IMG/VR virus record: IMGVR_UViG_3300011258_000777
Location: 5,893 to 69,892 of that record
DNA length: 64,000 nucleotides
Strand: one strand, 5' to 3'
From: a virus
Shown: positions 18,132 through 27,178 of the stretch, one piece after another
How the letters are laid out: every line of letters starts with the position of its first letter
Position numbering within the stretch: the first letter of the stretch is position 1
The notes under the pieces: generated by a model
Told to the model about the DNA's origin: nothing
The model's input: only the letters and a program-made list of their open reading frames with translations
Databases searched by the model: none
Program-made: the position numbers and the translations under genes

Positions 18132-19652
18132 TTATCCTCCAAAAATTTGTGTTTTGATTCGCGAGATGTTGCGGTATGTATTCTTGTAACCGCTATGAAT
18201 CGTGTTGTCAAGGTGAATCTTGGAATAAACTATCTGGGCGATAGCATCGTTGATGAAGTCCTTGGCTACATCGTTCCGAGGTCCTGAAATGATGCCGCGA
18301 ACAAATGCAATGTCGTAGTTGAAAACTGCAACGATTTGCAGTTTGTTATTGATTAGGCGCTCCTCTACGTCCCACATAAAATTGTTTGGTCCAAGCGGCT
18401 TTAGGTCGATGTTAAACAGACCTTGTGTAAAGTTTACCGATGTCGTTGTGACTTTTGTTTGTGGGTTGGGTGGAAATTTTGGCGCGGAAACGATGCTGAT
18501 AACTTTGTCTATTTCCTTGAGGATTGCCGGGGGTGGTGGCTTTTGTTCAAAATCCGCTTCCCTTGTGGTAACATAGGATGAGAATTTTTGCGGCAGATTC
18601 TCGCGGAGACTCTCCAATCCTGTAAGCAATCGGGTGTGCTGTGAGAGGGGCACGAAAACTTCACTTGCCTGTGGAGTTGATTCAATAATCTTCTTTATCT
18701 CGGCAACAAGCCCGGAATTGAAAAAGAAGGCGCGTCTGAATCCCCTATCAATAGCCTGATTGGGGCTAATCGTCTTCATCGGGGTCATCTTTAAGCAATC
18801 ATCAAGCTTATCGTTCCCCCATAAGACAATCTGGTATTCAGCCATGGCTGGGTCTGAAATGCCTGGGATTCCAAGTGTGTAGCCGCTGGCGATAATCCTG
18901 TCGTTTCTAACGATGGTCAAGCCAGAAAGCATACTGTCGTTGTCGCGGAGGAGGATTGAGATCCCGAATTCAATGTCGTTGAACTTTACGGTCTTTTTAT
19001 CAAACTCTGGAATTATGGGCTTGCCGAACAACTTTGTGAATTTGATGTCGCCGCCATTCAACTCTACTCTTATGTTTTTCTGCTTGAAGTTGATAGCGTA
19101 GGTTCTTGAGATGAATGTCTGAAGAGTAGCAGTATCAACATCGCTAAACTGCTCTTTCAGTTTTGGAATTACGATAATTGTCCCACTTGTAGAATTGGCT
19201 GCTTTATCGGCGTTCCAGATAGACTGGTAATGCCCGAACTCGGGATCAGTCTGCGGGATTGACTTGATTTCATATTGCCAATTATTGTTTGGCTCTGCTT
19301 TACCCCAAGTAAAGGTTCCTCTCTGAAGTGATAGAACTGTTGTTCCGTCTCCAAGAAAACTGGTGGCTGACTTGAACCCATAGCCAAATTTTCCTGTTTC
19401 GCCCTCGGAATGTTCACTTCTCTTAATGCGAAACATAGATACCATGGTTTCTGGGTTCAAGCCAGCACCATCATCACTGATGATGATTCGATCTGGCTTA
19501 CAGACAATCTTAATGGTAGTAGTGTTCCCGTATTCTCCAGAGTTATCAATTAACTCTGCAAGTGCAGTGTTCTTGTCTGGATAAACACCCAAAGCGCCAT
19601 ATAGGGCTTCTTTCTCGGGTGGTGCTGCTTCTGTCAAAATTGTCTGTGCCAT
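18132..19652 (-). CDS. GHKL (MORC/Hsp90/MutL-like) ATPase
   Basis: Bergerat-fold motifs LAELIDNS, DDGAGL, GKFGYGFK, GTII; followed by an S5-like region and a C-terminal domain. Confidence 0.85.
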   Translation of the reverse strand: MAQTILTEAAPPEKEALYGALGVYPDKNTALAELIDNSGEYGNTTTIKIVCKPDRIIISDDGAGLNPETMVSMFRIKRSEHSEGETGKFGYGFKSATSFLGDGTTVLSLQRGTFTWGKAEPNNNWQYEIKSIPQTDPEFGHYQSIWNADKAANSTSGTIIVIPKLKEQFSDVDTATLQTFISRTYAINFKQKNIRVELNGGDIKFTKLFGKPIIPEFDKKTVKFNDIEFGISILLRDNDSMLSGLTIVRNDRIIASGYTLGIPGISDPAMAEYQIVLWGNDKLDDCLKMTPMKTISPNQAIDRGFRRAFFFNSGLVAEIKKIIESTPQASEVFVPLSQHTRLLTGLESLRENLPQKFSSYVTTREADFEQKPPPPAILKEIDKVISIVSAPKFPPNPQTKVTTTSVNFTQGLFNIDLKPLGPNNFMWDVEERLINNKLQIVAVFNYDIAFVRGIISGPRNDVAKDFINDAIAQIVYSKIHLDNTIHSGYKNTYRNISRIKTQIFGG

Positions 19653-19653
19653 T

Positions 19654-20109
19654 TTATGCTCCTGTGCTACCTAGTGCTCCCTCTCCGCGGTCTGAAATAG
19701 TGATTGGTTGGCGATCATCATAGATCAGCCCATCAACTTCTTCTAGTGCTCGGAAATGAACAACTGGGATCATAACTAGTTGGGCAATCTTCTGACCGAA
19801 CTTGACTTGCTGTAACTCTGTCCCAACATTGTGTAGATTGATGAAAACCTCTCCATCATAGCCAGAGTCCACAACGTGTGCTCCAACAATCAAGCTACGC
19901 TTTGCTGCTACACTAGAGCGATTCATTACCTGTAGCATGTAACCGTGCGGAATACCAAAACGAAGTCCGGTGGGAATGATTGCAGATCCACCGGGTTCGA
20001 TCACCATAGGATCACGAAGGTTGGCATATACATCCAGCCCAGCATCAGATGGGTTAGAACGTGTGGGAACCTTGACATACTCATCAAGTCGCTGATACTG
20101 AATAATCAT
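19654..20109 (-). CDS. dut: trimeric dUTPase
   Basis: AGLD, RSS, VDSGYDGE, IAQL, RGEGALGSTG motifs. Confidence 0.95.
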   Translation of the reverse strand: MIIQYQRLDEYVKVPTRSNPSDAGLDVYANLRDPMVIEPGGSAIIPTGLRFGIPHGYMLQVMNRSSVAAKRSLIVGAHVVDSGYDGEVFINLHNVGTELQQVKFGQKIAQLVMIPVVHFRALEEVDGLIYDDRQPITISDRGEGALGSTGA

Positions 20110-20366
20110 GAATCCTCCGGTGTGCCCTCACCAGAGAGCATCTTGAAGTTGTCGTAAACATCCTCGATGTCTACCTTGCCCTTGAACAGACGGTAAGCCT
20201 TCACAGCCGCACGGATCTCGTCGGTGTTAAGCCAGCCCTGCTCTCGGTACTCGGTGCGTAGCTCTCGCTTCTGCTCCTTGTAAGGCTCGATAGCCTCTTC
20301 GATTGCCACGAGTGACCGGATGTACTCCAGAACGTAGCGCTTCTTCTCTTCGGTTGATGTAGACAT
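20106..20366 (-). CDS. GapR/DUF2312-like (T4 DsbA-like) small DNA-binding protein
   Basis: 86-aa helical protein with YIRSLVAIEE...KRELRTEY...G..TDEIRAAVK pattern. Confidence 0.55.
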   Translation of the reverse strand: MSTSTEEKKRYVLEYIRSLVAIEEAIEPYKEQKRELRTEYREQGWLNTDEIRAAVKAYRLFKGKVDIEDVYDNFKMLSGEGTPEDS

Positions 20367-20389
20367 TTAGTCCTCCTTGTTATGTATGT

Positions 20390-20418
20390 AATGTAACCGG
20401 TCACGCTGCTGCTGTCAA
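20390..20418 (-). promoter_or_regulatory. sigma70-type promoter
   Basis: TTGACA-N17-TACATT, followed by AGGAGG RBS. Confidence 0.75.
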
Positions 20419-21357
20419 GCGCTCAGCGTCGTTTTTCTTGAGATTGAACAGGGCAAGCTCCTTAGCCTTCGCCTCGATCATCACGTCGAGGTCGTAGCCG
20501 TAGTCGTCAACAGGTCCGTTGACGTAATCTGAGTGTGCGTGGGGACGAATCTTAGCGTCCTTCTTCTCTTCTGCTCTCGACTCAGAGTAGTGGACTACCG
20601 GCTTGATGTCTCCCCACGTCGAAATAGCCAGTTCCAAAGCCTGCTTCTCCGTAAGGTCGCCTGTGCAGAAGCCATGATGATGATAGTCAAAAACAATAGG
20701 AATGCCAGTGCGAGTAAATACCCCGTCATATAGCTCTTGAGTCGAGTATAGGCTTTGTCGATCATCGTTCTCCACCGTGAGTCTTGAAGTTACTGACACC
20801 GGCAGGCGCTCAAAGTTCCGTGCAAAAGTATCTAGTGCGACCGGCTTGTTGTTGTAAGCTGCGCCGACGTGAATGTTGATCTTTGCGTAGTGATTTCGGG
20901 GCAATCCCAGCATGTCGAAGAACTCGCCGTGAATCTCCAAGTCGCGCTTGGTGTTCTCAAACACACGCTCTTTGGGGGAAGCGAGCTTGTTGAACGGACC
21001 AGGGTGAGAGGTGATGCGAATGCCGTGCTGGCGAATGTAGTTGCCAGAACGCTCGCACGCTTCGTAGATTGCCTCGTAGTCGGGCATGTCGTGAAGTTGG
21101 TATTCTGACGCCCAAGGGAAGACGTTGGAGGACAAACGGAAGAAATTGATCCCATGCTGGACATTCCACTCAAGGACTTTCTGAAGGTCCAAGATGTTCA
21201 AGAGGGCGAGGGATGAAGCGTATTCAATGCCCTTTTCTTGGAAGGTCCTCTTGATCATCGTGCGGTTGGTGGTGATTCTATCATTCTTGTGACCACCGAA
21301 GTCTTGTGGGTTAGAAAGCTGCATGTTGATGCAGGCGTATCCATAATTCTTGCTCAT
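20401..21357 (-). CDS. uvdE: UV damage endonuclease (UvdE/UvsE)
   Basis: GYACIN, FFRLSS, HPGPF, INIHVG, LTVENDD, VFDYHHH, HYSES, HSDY, MIEAK.KE. Confidence 0.95.
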   Translation of the reverse strand: MSKNYGYACINMQLSNPQDFGGHKNDRITTNRTMIKRTFQEKGIEYASSLALLNILDLQKVLEWNVQHGINFFRLSSNVFPWASEYQLHDMPDYEAIYEACERSGNYIRQHGIRITSHPGPFNKLASPKERVFENTKRDLEIHGEFFDMLGLPRNHYAKINIHVGAAYNNKPVALDTFARNFERLPVSVTSRLTVENDDRQSLYSTQELYDGVFTRTGIPIVFDYHHHGFCTGDLTEKQALELAISTWGDIKPVVHYSESRAEEKKDAKIRPHAHSDYVNGPVDDYGYDLDVMIEAKAKELALFNLKKNDAERLTAAA

Positions 21358-21378
21358 GTGTCCTCCAACGACACCTAT

Positions 21379-21407
21379 AATATAGCCCGTCAGGCGGCTT
21401 CTGTCAA
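21379..21407 (-). promoter_or_regulatory. sigma70-type promoter
   Basis: TTGACA-N17-TATATT upstream of uvdE. Confidence 0.75.
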
Positions 21408-22397
21408 GCCCTTTTCGTCCGAGATCGTGCGGGGGTTGTCAGAGAAATAAATCTTATCTATTCCTAGTCTCGCACTAAACTGTTCTTGCAAGAATGACCG
21501 AAATGATGATTCATTCTCAACATAAGCCTCAGTTGTTCCCCAAGAGCCGACCTCTCGCAAAATGTCCACTTTGTTTATAACAAGGCGGTTGACTCCGTTC
21601 ATGCTAATGGCACGCTGGACCTCCTTCACGTTTATCCAATTACACTGCCTCACACGCCCTGTGGTGGCTCCAAATTCCTGCCCGACCTCTTGGATGCGGT
21701 TGAAGATTTCAGAGGCTGGCTGGAAGCTACGGGCTCCTACATAGGTCTCGTAAGCTTTGATGATGCCCCAGACATTGCGAATAGAGCGGGGGCTGATGCC
21801 GTTCTGGATGGCGGCAGCCGTGCCTGTGTGTGAAGACGTTACAAACGGGTAATCGCCCCAGTCAGGGTCAAGCCAGAAGCCTTGTGCCCCTTCCATCAAG
21901 ACCACTGTGTCGCCTGATAGCTCTTCGTAAATGTCTACTAGATAAGGTTTGAAGTTAAGTACGTCGCAGGCGCGAATGCCAGTCCGACCATACTTATCAC
22001 GATAAGCAGGTCCATTACCAGTTCTAGTTGTTCCAATCTTCTCGTCAGCGCCGTCTTCGATTTTGTGGTCTTCGGTGATAACATGAGCATTTTTTGCGAT
22101 CCTTAGATGTTGCCGCACGGGGATTCCGTGGGATTCTAAGTAGTCTATCTCTTCTTCTAACTTCATCGGATCAATCACGCAACCGTTGCCGATTACTGAT
22201 GTAACTCCGAAAAAGACGCCTGCTGGGATGTGATGGGTGACAAACTTTTTTCCATTATGGAAGATCGTGTGTCCCGCATTACAACCCCCATTGAATCTAA
22301 CGCAATGGGTGTATTCTCCACTCTTGAGCAAGTGGTGGGTAACCTTTCCTTTACCCTCGTCTCCGTGTTGGAGACCAATAACAACGTCGGTAATCAA
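21390..22397 (-). CDS. purA: adenylosuccinate synthetase (short form)
   Basis: GDEGKGK, NAGHT, EGAQG, YPFVTSS, GATTGR, NKVD; TTG start at 22397 behind GGAGG. Confidence 0.93.
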   Translation of the reverse strand: MITDVVIGLQHGDEGKGKVTHHLLKSGEYTHCVRFNGGCNAGHTIFHNGKKFVTHHIPAGVFFGVTSVIGNGCVIDPMKLEEEIDYLESHGIPVRQHLRIAKNAHVITEDHKIEDGADEKIGTTRTGNGPAYRDKYGRTGIRACDVLNFKPYLVDIYEELSGDTVVLMEGAQGFWLDPDWGDYPFVTSSHTGTAAAIQNGISPRSIRNVWGIIKAYETYVGARSFQPASEIFNRIQEVGQEFGATTGRVRQCNWINVKEVQRAISMNGVNRLVINKVDILREVGSWGTTEAYVENESSFRSFLQEQFSARLGIDKIYFSDNPRTISDEKGLTEAA

Positions 22398-22504
22398 GTT
22401 TCCTCCTTGTTTCTGAACTTGTACCAATAACTTAACATAGGGAGCGAACTAATGCAAGCGAAAAGTGCTGCCCACTCTCCGTGGCAATTCACTAAGTGTT
22501 CCAT
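22394..22504 (-). CDS. 36-aa small hydrophobic protein (not in the ORF track)
   Basis: MEHLVNCHGEWAALFACISSLPMLSYWYKFRNKEET; GAGG RBS; stop overlaps the purA TTG. Confidence 0.55.
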   Translation of the reverse strand: MEHLVNCHGEWAALFACISSLPMLSYWYKFRNKEET

Positions 22505-22560
22505 TATAACCTCTAAATCTGGAAAATTTGGCTCAAAAAATTTTTAACGATTTGCGATTT

Positions 22561-23241
22561 CTAGATTCCGTATACCTGATTCAAAAACATCGCAACGAGT
22601 TTATCTCTCGCCTCATCTGTATCACAGTCCGCGTAAGAATAGTTGAAACTTGATTTCATTGAAGCTATTTCGGACTCCAACTCTATTGATCTTGCTTTCA
22701 TCCACCTTGTCTGTTGTTTGTAGTTATTAGGCAAGGTGATGTTAAAGCGATCTGAGAGATCTAAAAGAAAGAAGTAGCGCTCGTCATCCAAGGCTTGCTT
22801 GGCGTCCTTGAACATCTCTAATCTATCATGTCTTTGTTCATCTGTCAAGCCCATCACTTTGTCTGGGTGCAAGTGAACTGCAAGTTTTTTAAAGAGTTTT
22901 TTGAAAATGTCGTGCATCTCGTGCTGTTCAACTTTTTGAGGGGTCGTGGGCTGCTCTTCAGCTACATCTTCGGAAACTTCTGTTCCGACTTCGCCGTCTT
23001 CAAGAAGTTTGGCTTGTTCTTCTTCGTGGTTTTGTTTTCCTTTCTTGACTGTGGCTGATAGTCCTGCTCTTTTCTTTGCTTGTTCTATGTCGATCCCATT
23101 CTTCTCGCAAAACTCTCGCACATGTGCATTAAACACGGGGTTGTATTCGTCCGCCATTTCTTTAAGCAATTCTAGTTCGGTGTGCCTGTAGCGGATCTCA
23201 TTTACTGCCCTGTGCCATTTAACCAAGTCTTTTGTTCGCAA
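22561..23241 (-). CDS. J-domain (DnaJ-like) protein
   Basis: FKKLFKKLAVHLHPDK...MFKDAKQA J-domain with HPD, placed internally. Confidence 0.75.
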   Translation of the reverse strand: MRTKDLVKWHRAVNEIRYRHTELELLKEMADEYNPVFNAHVREFCEKNGIDIEQAKKRAGLSATVKKGKQNHEEEQAKLLEDGEVGTEVSEDVAEEQPTTPQKVEQHEMHDIFKKLFKKLAVHLHPDKVMGLTDEQRHDRLEMFKDAKQALDDERYFFLLDLSDRFNITLPNNYKQQTRWMKARSIELESEIASMKSSFNYSYADCDTDEARDKLVAMFLNQVYGI

Positions 23242-23247
23242 AACATA

Positions 23248-23277
23248 GAACCCCCACTCTAAATAGAGTGGGGGTTC
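23248..23277. terminator. perfect 13-bp hairpin (terminator-like) whose loop carries the CTATTTA motif
   Basis: GAACCCCCACTCT-AAAT-AGAGTGGGGGTTC. Confidence 0.65.
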
Positions 23278-23283
23278 ATCATT

Positions 23284-23424
23284 TCACTTGCCCTGACCGC
23301 GATAACGCTTCTTGTAGCCCTTGTTTCCGCCGTGCGGACCCGGTTGCTTACGCTTTGTTAATGGGCTCTTCCCAATAGTAGTCTTTTTCTTGGTTGCCTT
23401 GTTGTGTGTCTTCTTCGTAGCCAT
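23284..23424 (-). CDS. 46-aa very basic protein ending KKRYRGQGK (not in the ORF track)
   Basis: AAGGAG RBS, ATG 23424, TGA 23284; MATKKTHNKATKKKTTIGKSPLTKRKQPGPHGGNKGYKKRYRGQGK. Confidence 0.8.
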   Translation of the reverse strand: MATKKTHNKATKKKTTIGKSPLTKRKQPGPHGGNKGYKKRYRGQGK

Positions 23425-23441
23425 TGTTTGTCTCCTTATTG

Positions 23442-26400
23442 TTAACCTAGTAGTCTAAAGTTTCTGTAAACTGACCTAGTGGAGAAACCCCACTTCGGAT
23501 CATAACTCAGCCGTGATAGATAGGGGCGATTGATGTGAATTCTGTCCTTCTTTACATCAACTCCCCAACATCTAATCTTCTCTGTCTCGTTATTGGAATC
23601 AATCACTTCTAGAATCCAATAGTCTTTGCCCTTCTTCGTCTTCTTGGACACAACCTTGCGTGGAATAAACCAGCAAATCTGTAGTTCCTCATCGAACTCT
23701 GAAATTGGCGGGATGTACTTGTCTCTTAGATCCTGAATCATTTCTGGATTCACAACCAGGGACATTGGGAACACCCCTGTGAGGTCTGTCTTGAACTGGA
23801 TAATCTCTTCTTCGCTAAAGTCCCCCTCGCCTCTGTATAGATCGATGTTGACGTGAAACTTCTTCTTGGTCTTCGGTCGATCGACAACAGCAGCAGACCA
23901 GAAGTGTTTGCGACCTGTGAATCTATCGTCCATCAAACTATCCATAGCACCCGCGCGGCAGAGGGCATCCAAAGCCTTCTTGTTCAGCTTCGCATACTTA
24001 ATCTCATCTCGGAACAAAAGGTCTTCGATGTCGGCGAATGGGCGATTATCTAGAATCTGATCCATAGCGGCATCACCAAAGCCCTTGATGCTGGTTAGAG
24101 GCTGAATGAGGGTCTTTCCATCAGCACCAATCCCCCAGACGCGACCAGAAGTGTTGACCTCAACTGGCTGGATGTCGTAGCCAAGAGACTTGGCGATGTT
24201 AATCGCATTCTCCTTCTTCTTCTCTGGCTCTTTATCGAGGAAGGCAGCAGTCCACTCTGCCTCAAAGTGAGTTAGAAGCCAAGCACACTGATAAGAAATG
24301 ATAGAGTAGGCAACAGCGTGGGACTTGTTGAAGCCATAGCCAGAGAAGTATTCAAACTTTTCCCACAGACTCTGTGCTTCAGACCTAGCGATGTTCTTCT
24401 CCAGACATCCATCAATGAACTTCTTGTGAATCGCATCCTTGACTTCAAAACCCTTGCCCGTCCCCTTCTTAGTTAGAAGCTTACGAAGCAAGTTGCCCTC
24501 GTCAAGAGACAGATCCTTGCCGAGTGCGTGGGCAATCTTAGCGATTTGTTCCTGAAAGATCAAGAAACCGAATGTTTCTTCAGTGATCTCTTGGACCTCG
24601 GGTGTAAGATACTTAATGTATTGTGGACTCTCCTTTGCCTCAATGTAATCCTCGTGAACATTTGCGGACAGAGGACCGGGACGATAGATGGAGGTGATAG
24701 CCGAGACATCAATGATGTTGTTAGGCTTTACTCTCTCTGCGAAGTTCTGAGCCCCATCCTCAGTGAACTGGAAAGTCCCTACAAAGTTACCCTTGTGGAA
24801 AACATTCTTGTAAACCTTCTCGTCATCAAGGTTGATAACATCGGGGTGGAGCTTTGTGTCGTAGAAGTCCTTGACCTGCTTGAAGGTTGGCTCTGCGATG
24901 CCGTGGTGGCGCTTGAGGATTAGCTCAATCGCAGTCTCCATCATAGCAAGGGTCGAGAGACCAAGAAGATCGAACTTGATAAAGCCCATCGGCTCAAGGT
25001 GACGGACGTTCTGACCCTCTGACCAAGGAGTCTGGCGCACACCCTTGGAGTTGATTAGAGGCATGTTCTTGTCGAGATCCTCGGCAATCACAACACCACC
25101 AGCGTGGCGGGACGCAGAGCGAACCTGACCAACAAGAGCGCGAACGTGCGTCTTTACATTGGGATACTTGCTCAGGAAATTCTTGAGAGAACTAGAGAAC
25201 TCAAGCACCTCTTCCCAGGTTGGAGTATACATTCCAGCCTTGATGCCGTGCTTCTGCTTGGCGAGAGGTGTTGCCTCCTTAAGCATCGCATTCGTAACCA
25301 AGTTGACCTCACCAAACTCAATACCATAGAGCTTGGAAATGTCCTTGATAAGAGACTTCAACTGAAGAGTGTTCCAGTTGGAGATAGGCGCAACGCAATC
25401 CTCGCCCCACAACTCAATCAACTTATCCTTCAGTTCCATAGGACGACTAACATCATAGTCGATGTCTGGGTAATCCTTGGCGTCGGAACGCAAGAAGCGA
25501 GAGAATAGGAGGTCATACTTGATAGGATCAACCTGCGTAATGCCGAGAGAATACGCAACAAGTGAGCCAGCAGCGGAACCTCGACCGGGACCAGCGAGCA
25601 TCATTGTGTCAGTAACATCAACGATTGCCTTCATAGTCAAGAAGTACTTTGAGAACCCTCGGTCGTCAATGACGTGGAGTTCTTCCTTTAGTCTCGCAAG
25701 GTACTGCTGGTTGTCGGCAAGACCCAACTTACGCAGACCTTCAAGCGAGAAGTTGATTAGCGCCTCGGTTGCGGTGTGTCCAGCAGGCACAACGAATGAA
25801 GGGAGCCGAACAGTGTTGTCTGGAAGGAAGTTCTCGATGCGATCAAACGCAATCTTATGAGTCTCCTCAATAGAACGCAGAACAAGGTCATCATCATAAG
25901 TCGCACCACACATCTGCGAGTAGCTCTTGTAGCTTTCCCACATCTCGTCCCCGTTCTTGGGGTAGAGTTCATAACCAATCTCGTCAACAGAGATAGGCAG
26001 TTCACTCTCGGTGTCTGCCCACTGCGGGCGACCCTTACCAAGCCAACCAAGGCGCTTGTAGAGTTCGCGATCCTTCCAAGCATCACGATTAGGATAGTGT
26101 GAGTCTGCGGTGGAGATGACCTTCACACCAAACTCATCACAAACCTGAATAACAAACTTGTTGAGTTCGTGCTGCTCTGGGACATTGTTCCACTGAATCT
26201 CGCCGTGCCAGCGATCACCGAACACATCAATCATGTTGCGTGTAGTTTCCCGCATAGCCTCAAGAACTGCTTCTGAACCTTCTTCTCGGTTCTCCCAGTA
26301 GTTTCCAGCATAGACGCCACCAAGACAAGCAGACGAAGCGATGATGCCTTCGCCGTGCTCCTTCAGCATCTTGTAGTCCATGCGAGGATAGCGATAGAAA

Positions 26401-26885
26401 TTCTCATCTTTGTAGCTCTCAGACACAAGCTTGAATAGGTTGTTCAGCCCGGTCTGGTTCTGTGCGAGGAGCACAAGATGGCGACGGCGGCGTAGAACAT
26501 TGCTGCTCTTACCCTTGCTCGCACCTTCATCCTCGACAGAAGCAGCAGACGCACCAGCCTTCTTGGCTGCCCGTGCCTTCTTCTTATCAAGCATAGTCTG
26601 TTCGTATTCCTCCTTCCACTCTTCAATAGAAGGGATGAAGTAAGCCTCGCAACCAAAGATCGGCTTGAAGTCCTTGCCTTCTGCCTTCATCTTCTTTGCG
26701 TGTAGCACCTGATAGGCTAGACCATTCTGGTTGCCGTGGTCGGTTAGTGCGAGGGCATCCATTCCATTCTGGTAGGCGAAGTCCATGTGGTCTTGCGGGA
26801 AGCCGAGACCATCAAAGATGGAACCCGCTACGCTGTGGGCGTGTAGCCCAACAAACTTGATCTTGCTCTGTGTTCTCTCAGTCAT
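23442..26885 (-). CDS. dnaE: DNA polymerase III alpha subunit (family C)
   Basis: PHP motifs HAHS, LTDHG, DSHY; GRGSAAGS, PDIDYD, SRHAGG, KFDLLGL, YGFNKSHA. Confidence 0.97.
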   Translation of the reverse strand: MTERTQSKIKFVGLHAHSVAGSIFDGLGFPQDHMDFAYQNGMDALALTDHGNQNGLAYQVLHAKKMKAEGKDFKPIFGCEAYFIPSIEEWKEEYEQTMLDKKKARAAKKAGASAASVEDEGASKGKSSNVLRRRRHLVLLAQNQTGLNNLFKLVSESYKDENFYRYPRMDYKMLKEHGEGIIASSACLGGVYAGNYWENREEGSEAVLEAMRETTRNMIDVFGDRWHGEIQWNNVPEQHELNKFVIQVCDEFGVKVISTADSHYPNRDAWKDRELYKRLGWLGKGRPQWADTESELPISVDEIGYELYPKNGDEMWESYKSYSQMCGATYDDDLVLRSIEETHKIAFDRIENFLPDNTVRLPSFVVPAGHTATEALINFSLEGLRKLGLADNQQYLARLKEELHVIDDRGFSKYFLTMKAIVDVTDTMMLAGPGRGSAAGSLVAYSLGITQVDPIKYDLLFSRFLRSDAKDYPDIDYDVSRPMELKDKLIELWGEDCVAPISNWNTLQLKSLIKDISKLYGIEFGEVNLVTNAMLKEATPLAKQKHGIKAGMYTPTWEEVLEFSSSLKNFLSKYPNVKTHVRALVGQVRSASRHAGGVVIAEDLDKNMPLINSKGVRQTPWSEGQNVRHLEPMGFIKFDLLGLSTLAMMETAIELILKRHHGIAEPTFKQVKDFYDTKLHPDVINLDDEKVYKNVFHKGNFVGTFQFTEDGAQNFAERVKPNNIIDVSAITSIYRPGPLSANVHEDYIEAKESPQYIKYLTPEVQEITEETFGFLIFQEQIAKIAHALGKDLSLDEGNLLRKLLTKKGTGKGFEVKDAIHKKFIDGCLEKNIARSEAQSLWEKFEYFSGYGFNKSHAVAYSIISYQCAWLLTHFEAEWTAAFLDKEPEKKKENAINIAKSLGYDIQPVEVNTSGRVWGIGADGKTLIQPLTSIKGFGDAAMDQILDNRPFADIEDLLFRDEIKYAKLNKKALDALCRAGAMDSLMDDRFTGRKHFWSAAVVDRPKTKKKFHVNIDLYRGEGDFSEEEIIQFKTDLTGVFPMSLVVNPEMIQDLRDKYIPPISEFDEELQICWFIPRKVVSKKTKKGKDYWILEVIDSNNETEKIRCWGVDVKKDRIHINRPYLSRLSYDPKWGFSTRSVYRNFRLLG

Positions 26886-26934
26886 TCTGTGTCCTTCGTC
26901 GGTGGGGGGCGTCAGTGCCGCTGCTTACATTCAT

Positions 26935-26963
26935 AATGTAACACGGCAGGGCGGTGGGCGCAA
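26935..26963 (-). promoter_or_regulatory. sigma70-type promoter upstream of dnaE
   Basis: TTGCGC-N17-TACATT. Confidence 0.6.
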
Positions 26964-26980
26964 GCACTTTCTTGTGGTCA

Positions 26981-27178
26981 TTATGCCTCCGAAACAAGTT
27001 CCATTCTGTGATGAACGATCCGGCACAGAGAATGATTGATAAAAGAATCTTTGAGACGCACACAGGTGTAGGTCATAGTAGCAGGAGGTTGTCCCCACAC
27101 TTTCTTGGTGATCTCTGCGATCATCCAAAGGTCGCCGTAACGACCTCTCAGTAATGTGCCTTCGCGATAGAGTTTCAT
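26981..27178 (-). CDS. hypothetical protein
   Basis: ATG 27178 overlaps the upstream stop (ATGA) and follows GGAGG. Confidence 0.55.
   Translation of the reverse strand: MKLYREGTLLRGRYGDLWMIAEITKKVWGQPPATMTYTCVRLKDSFINHSLCRIVHHRMELVSEA

Noticed and set aside
21390-22397. PurZ (2-aminoadenine Z-genome pathway)
   Set aside because: The P-loop is GDEGKGK with the PurA catalytic Asp; PurZ has Ser here (GSTGKG). No dATPase/MazZ-type genes were recognised nearby.
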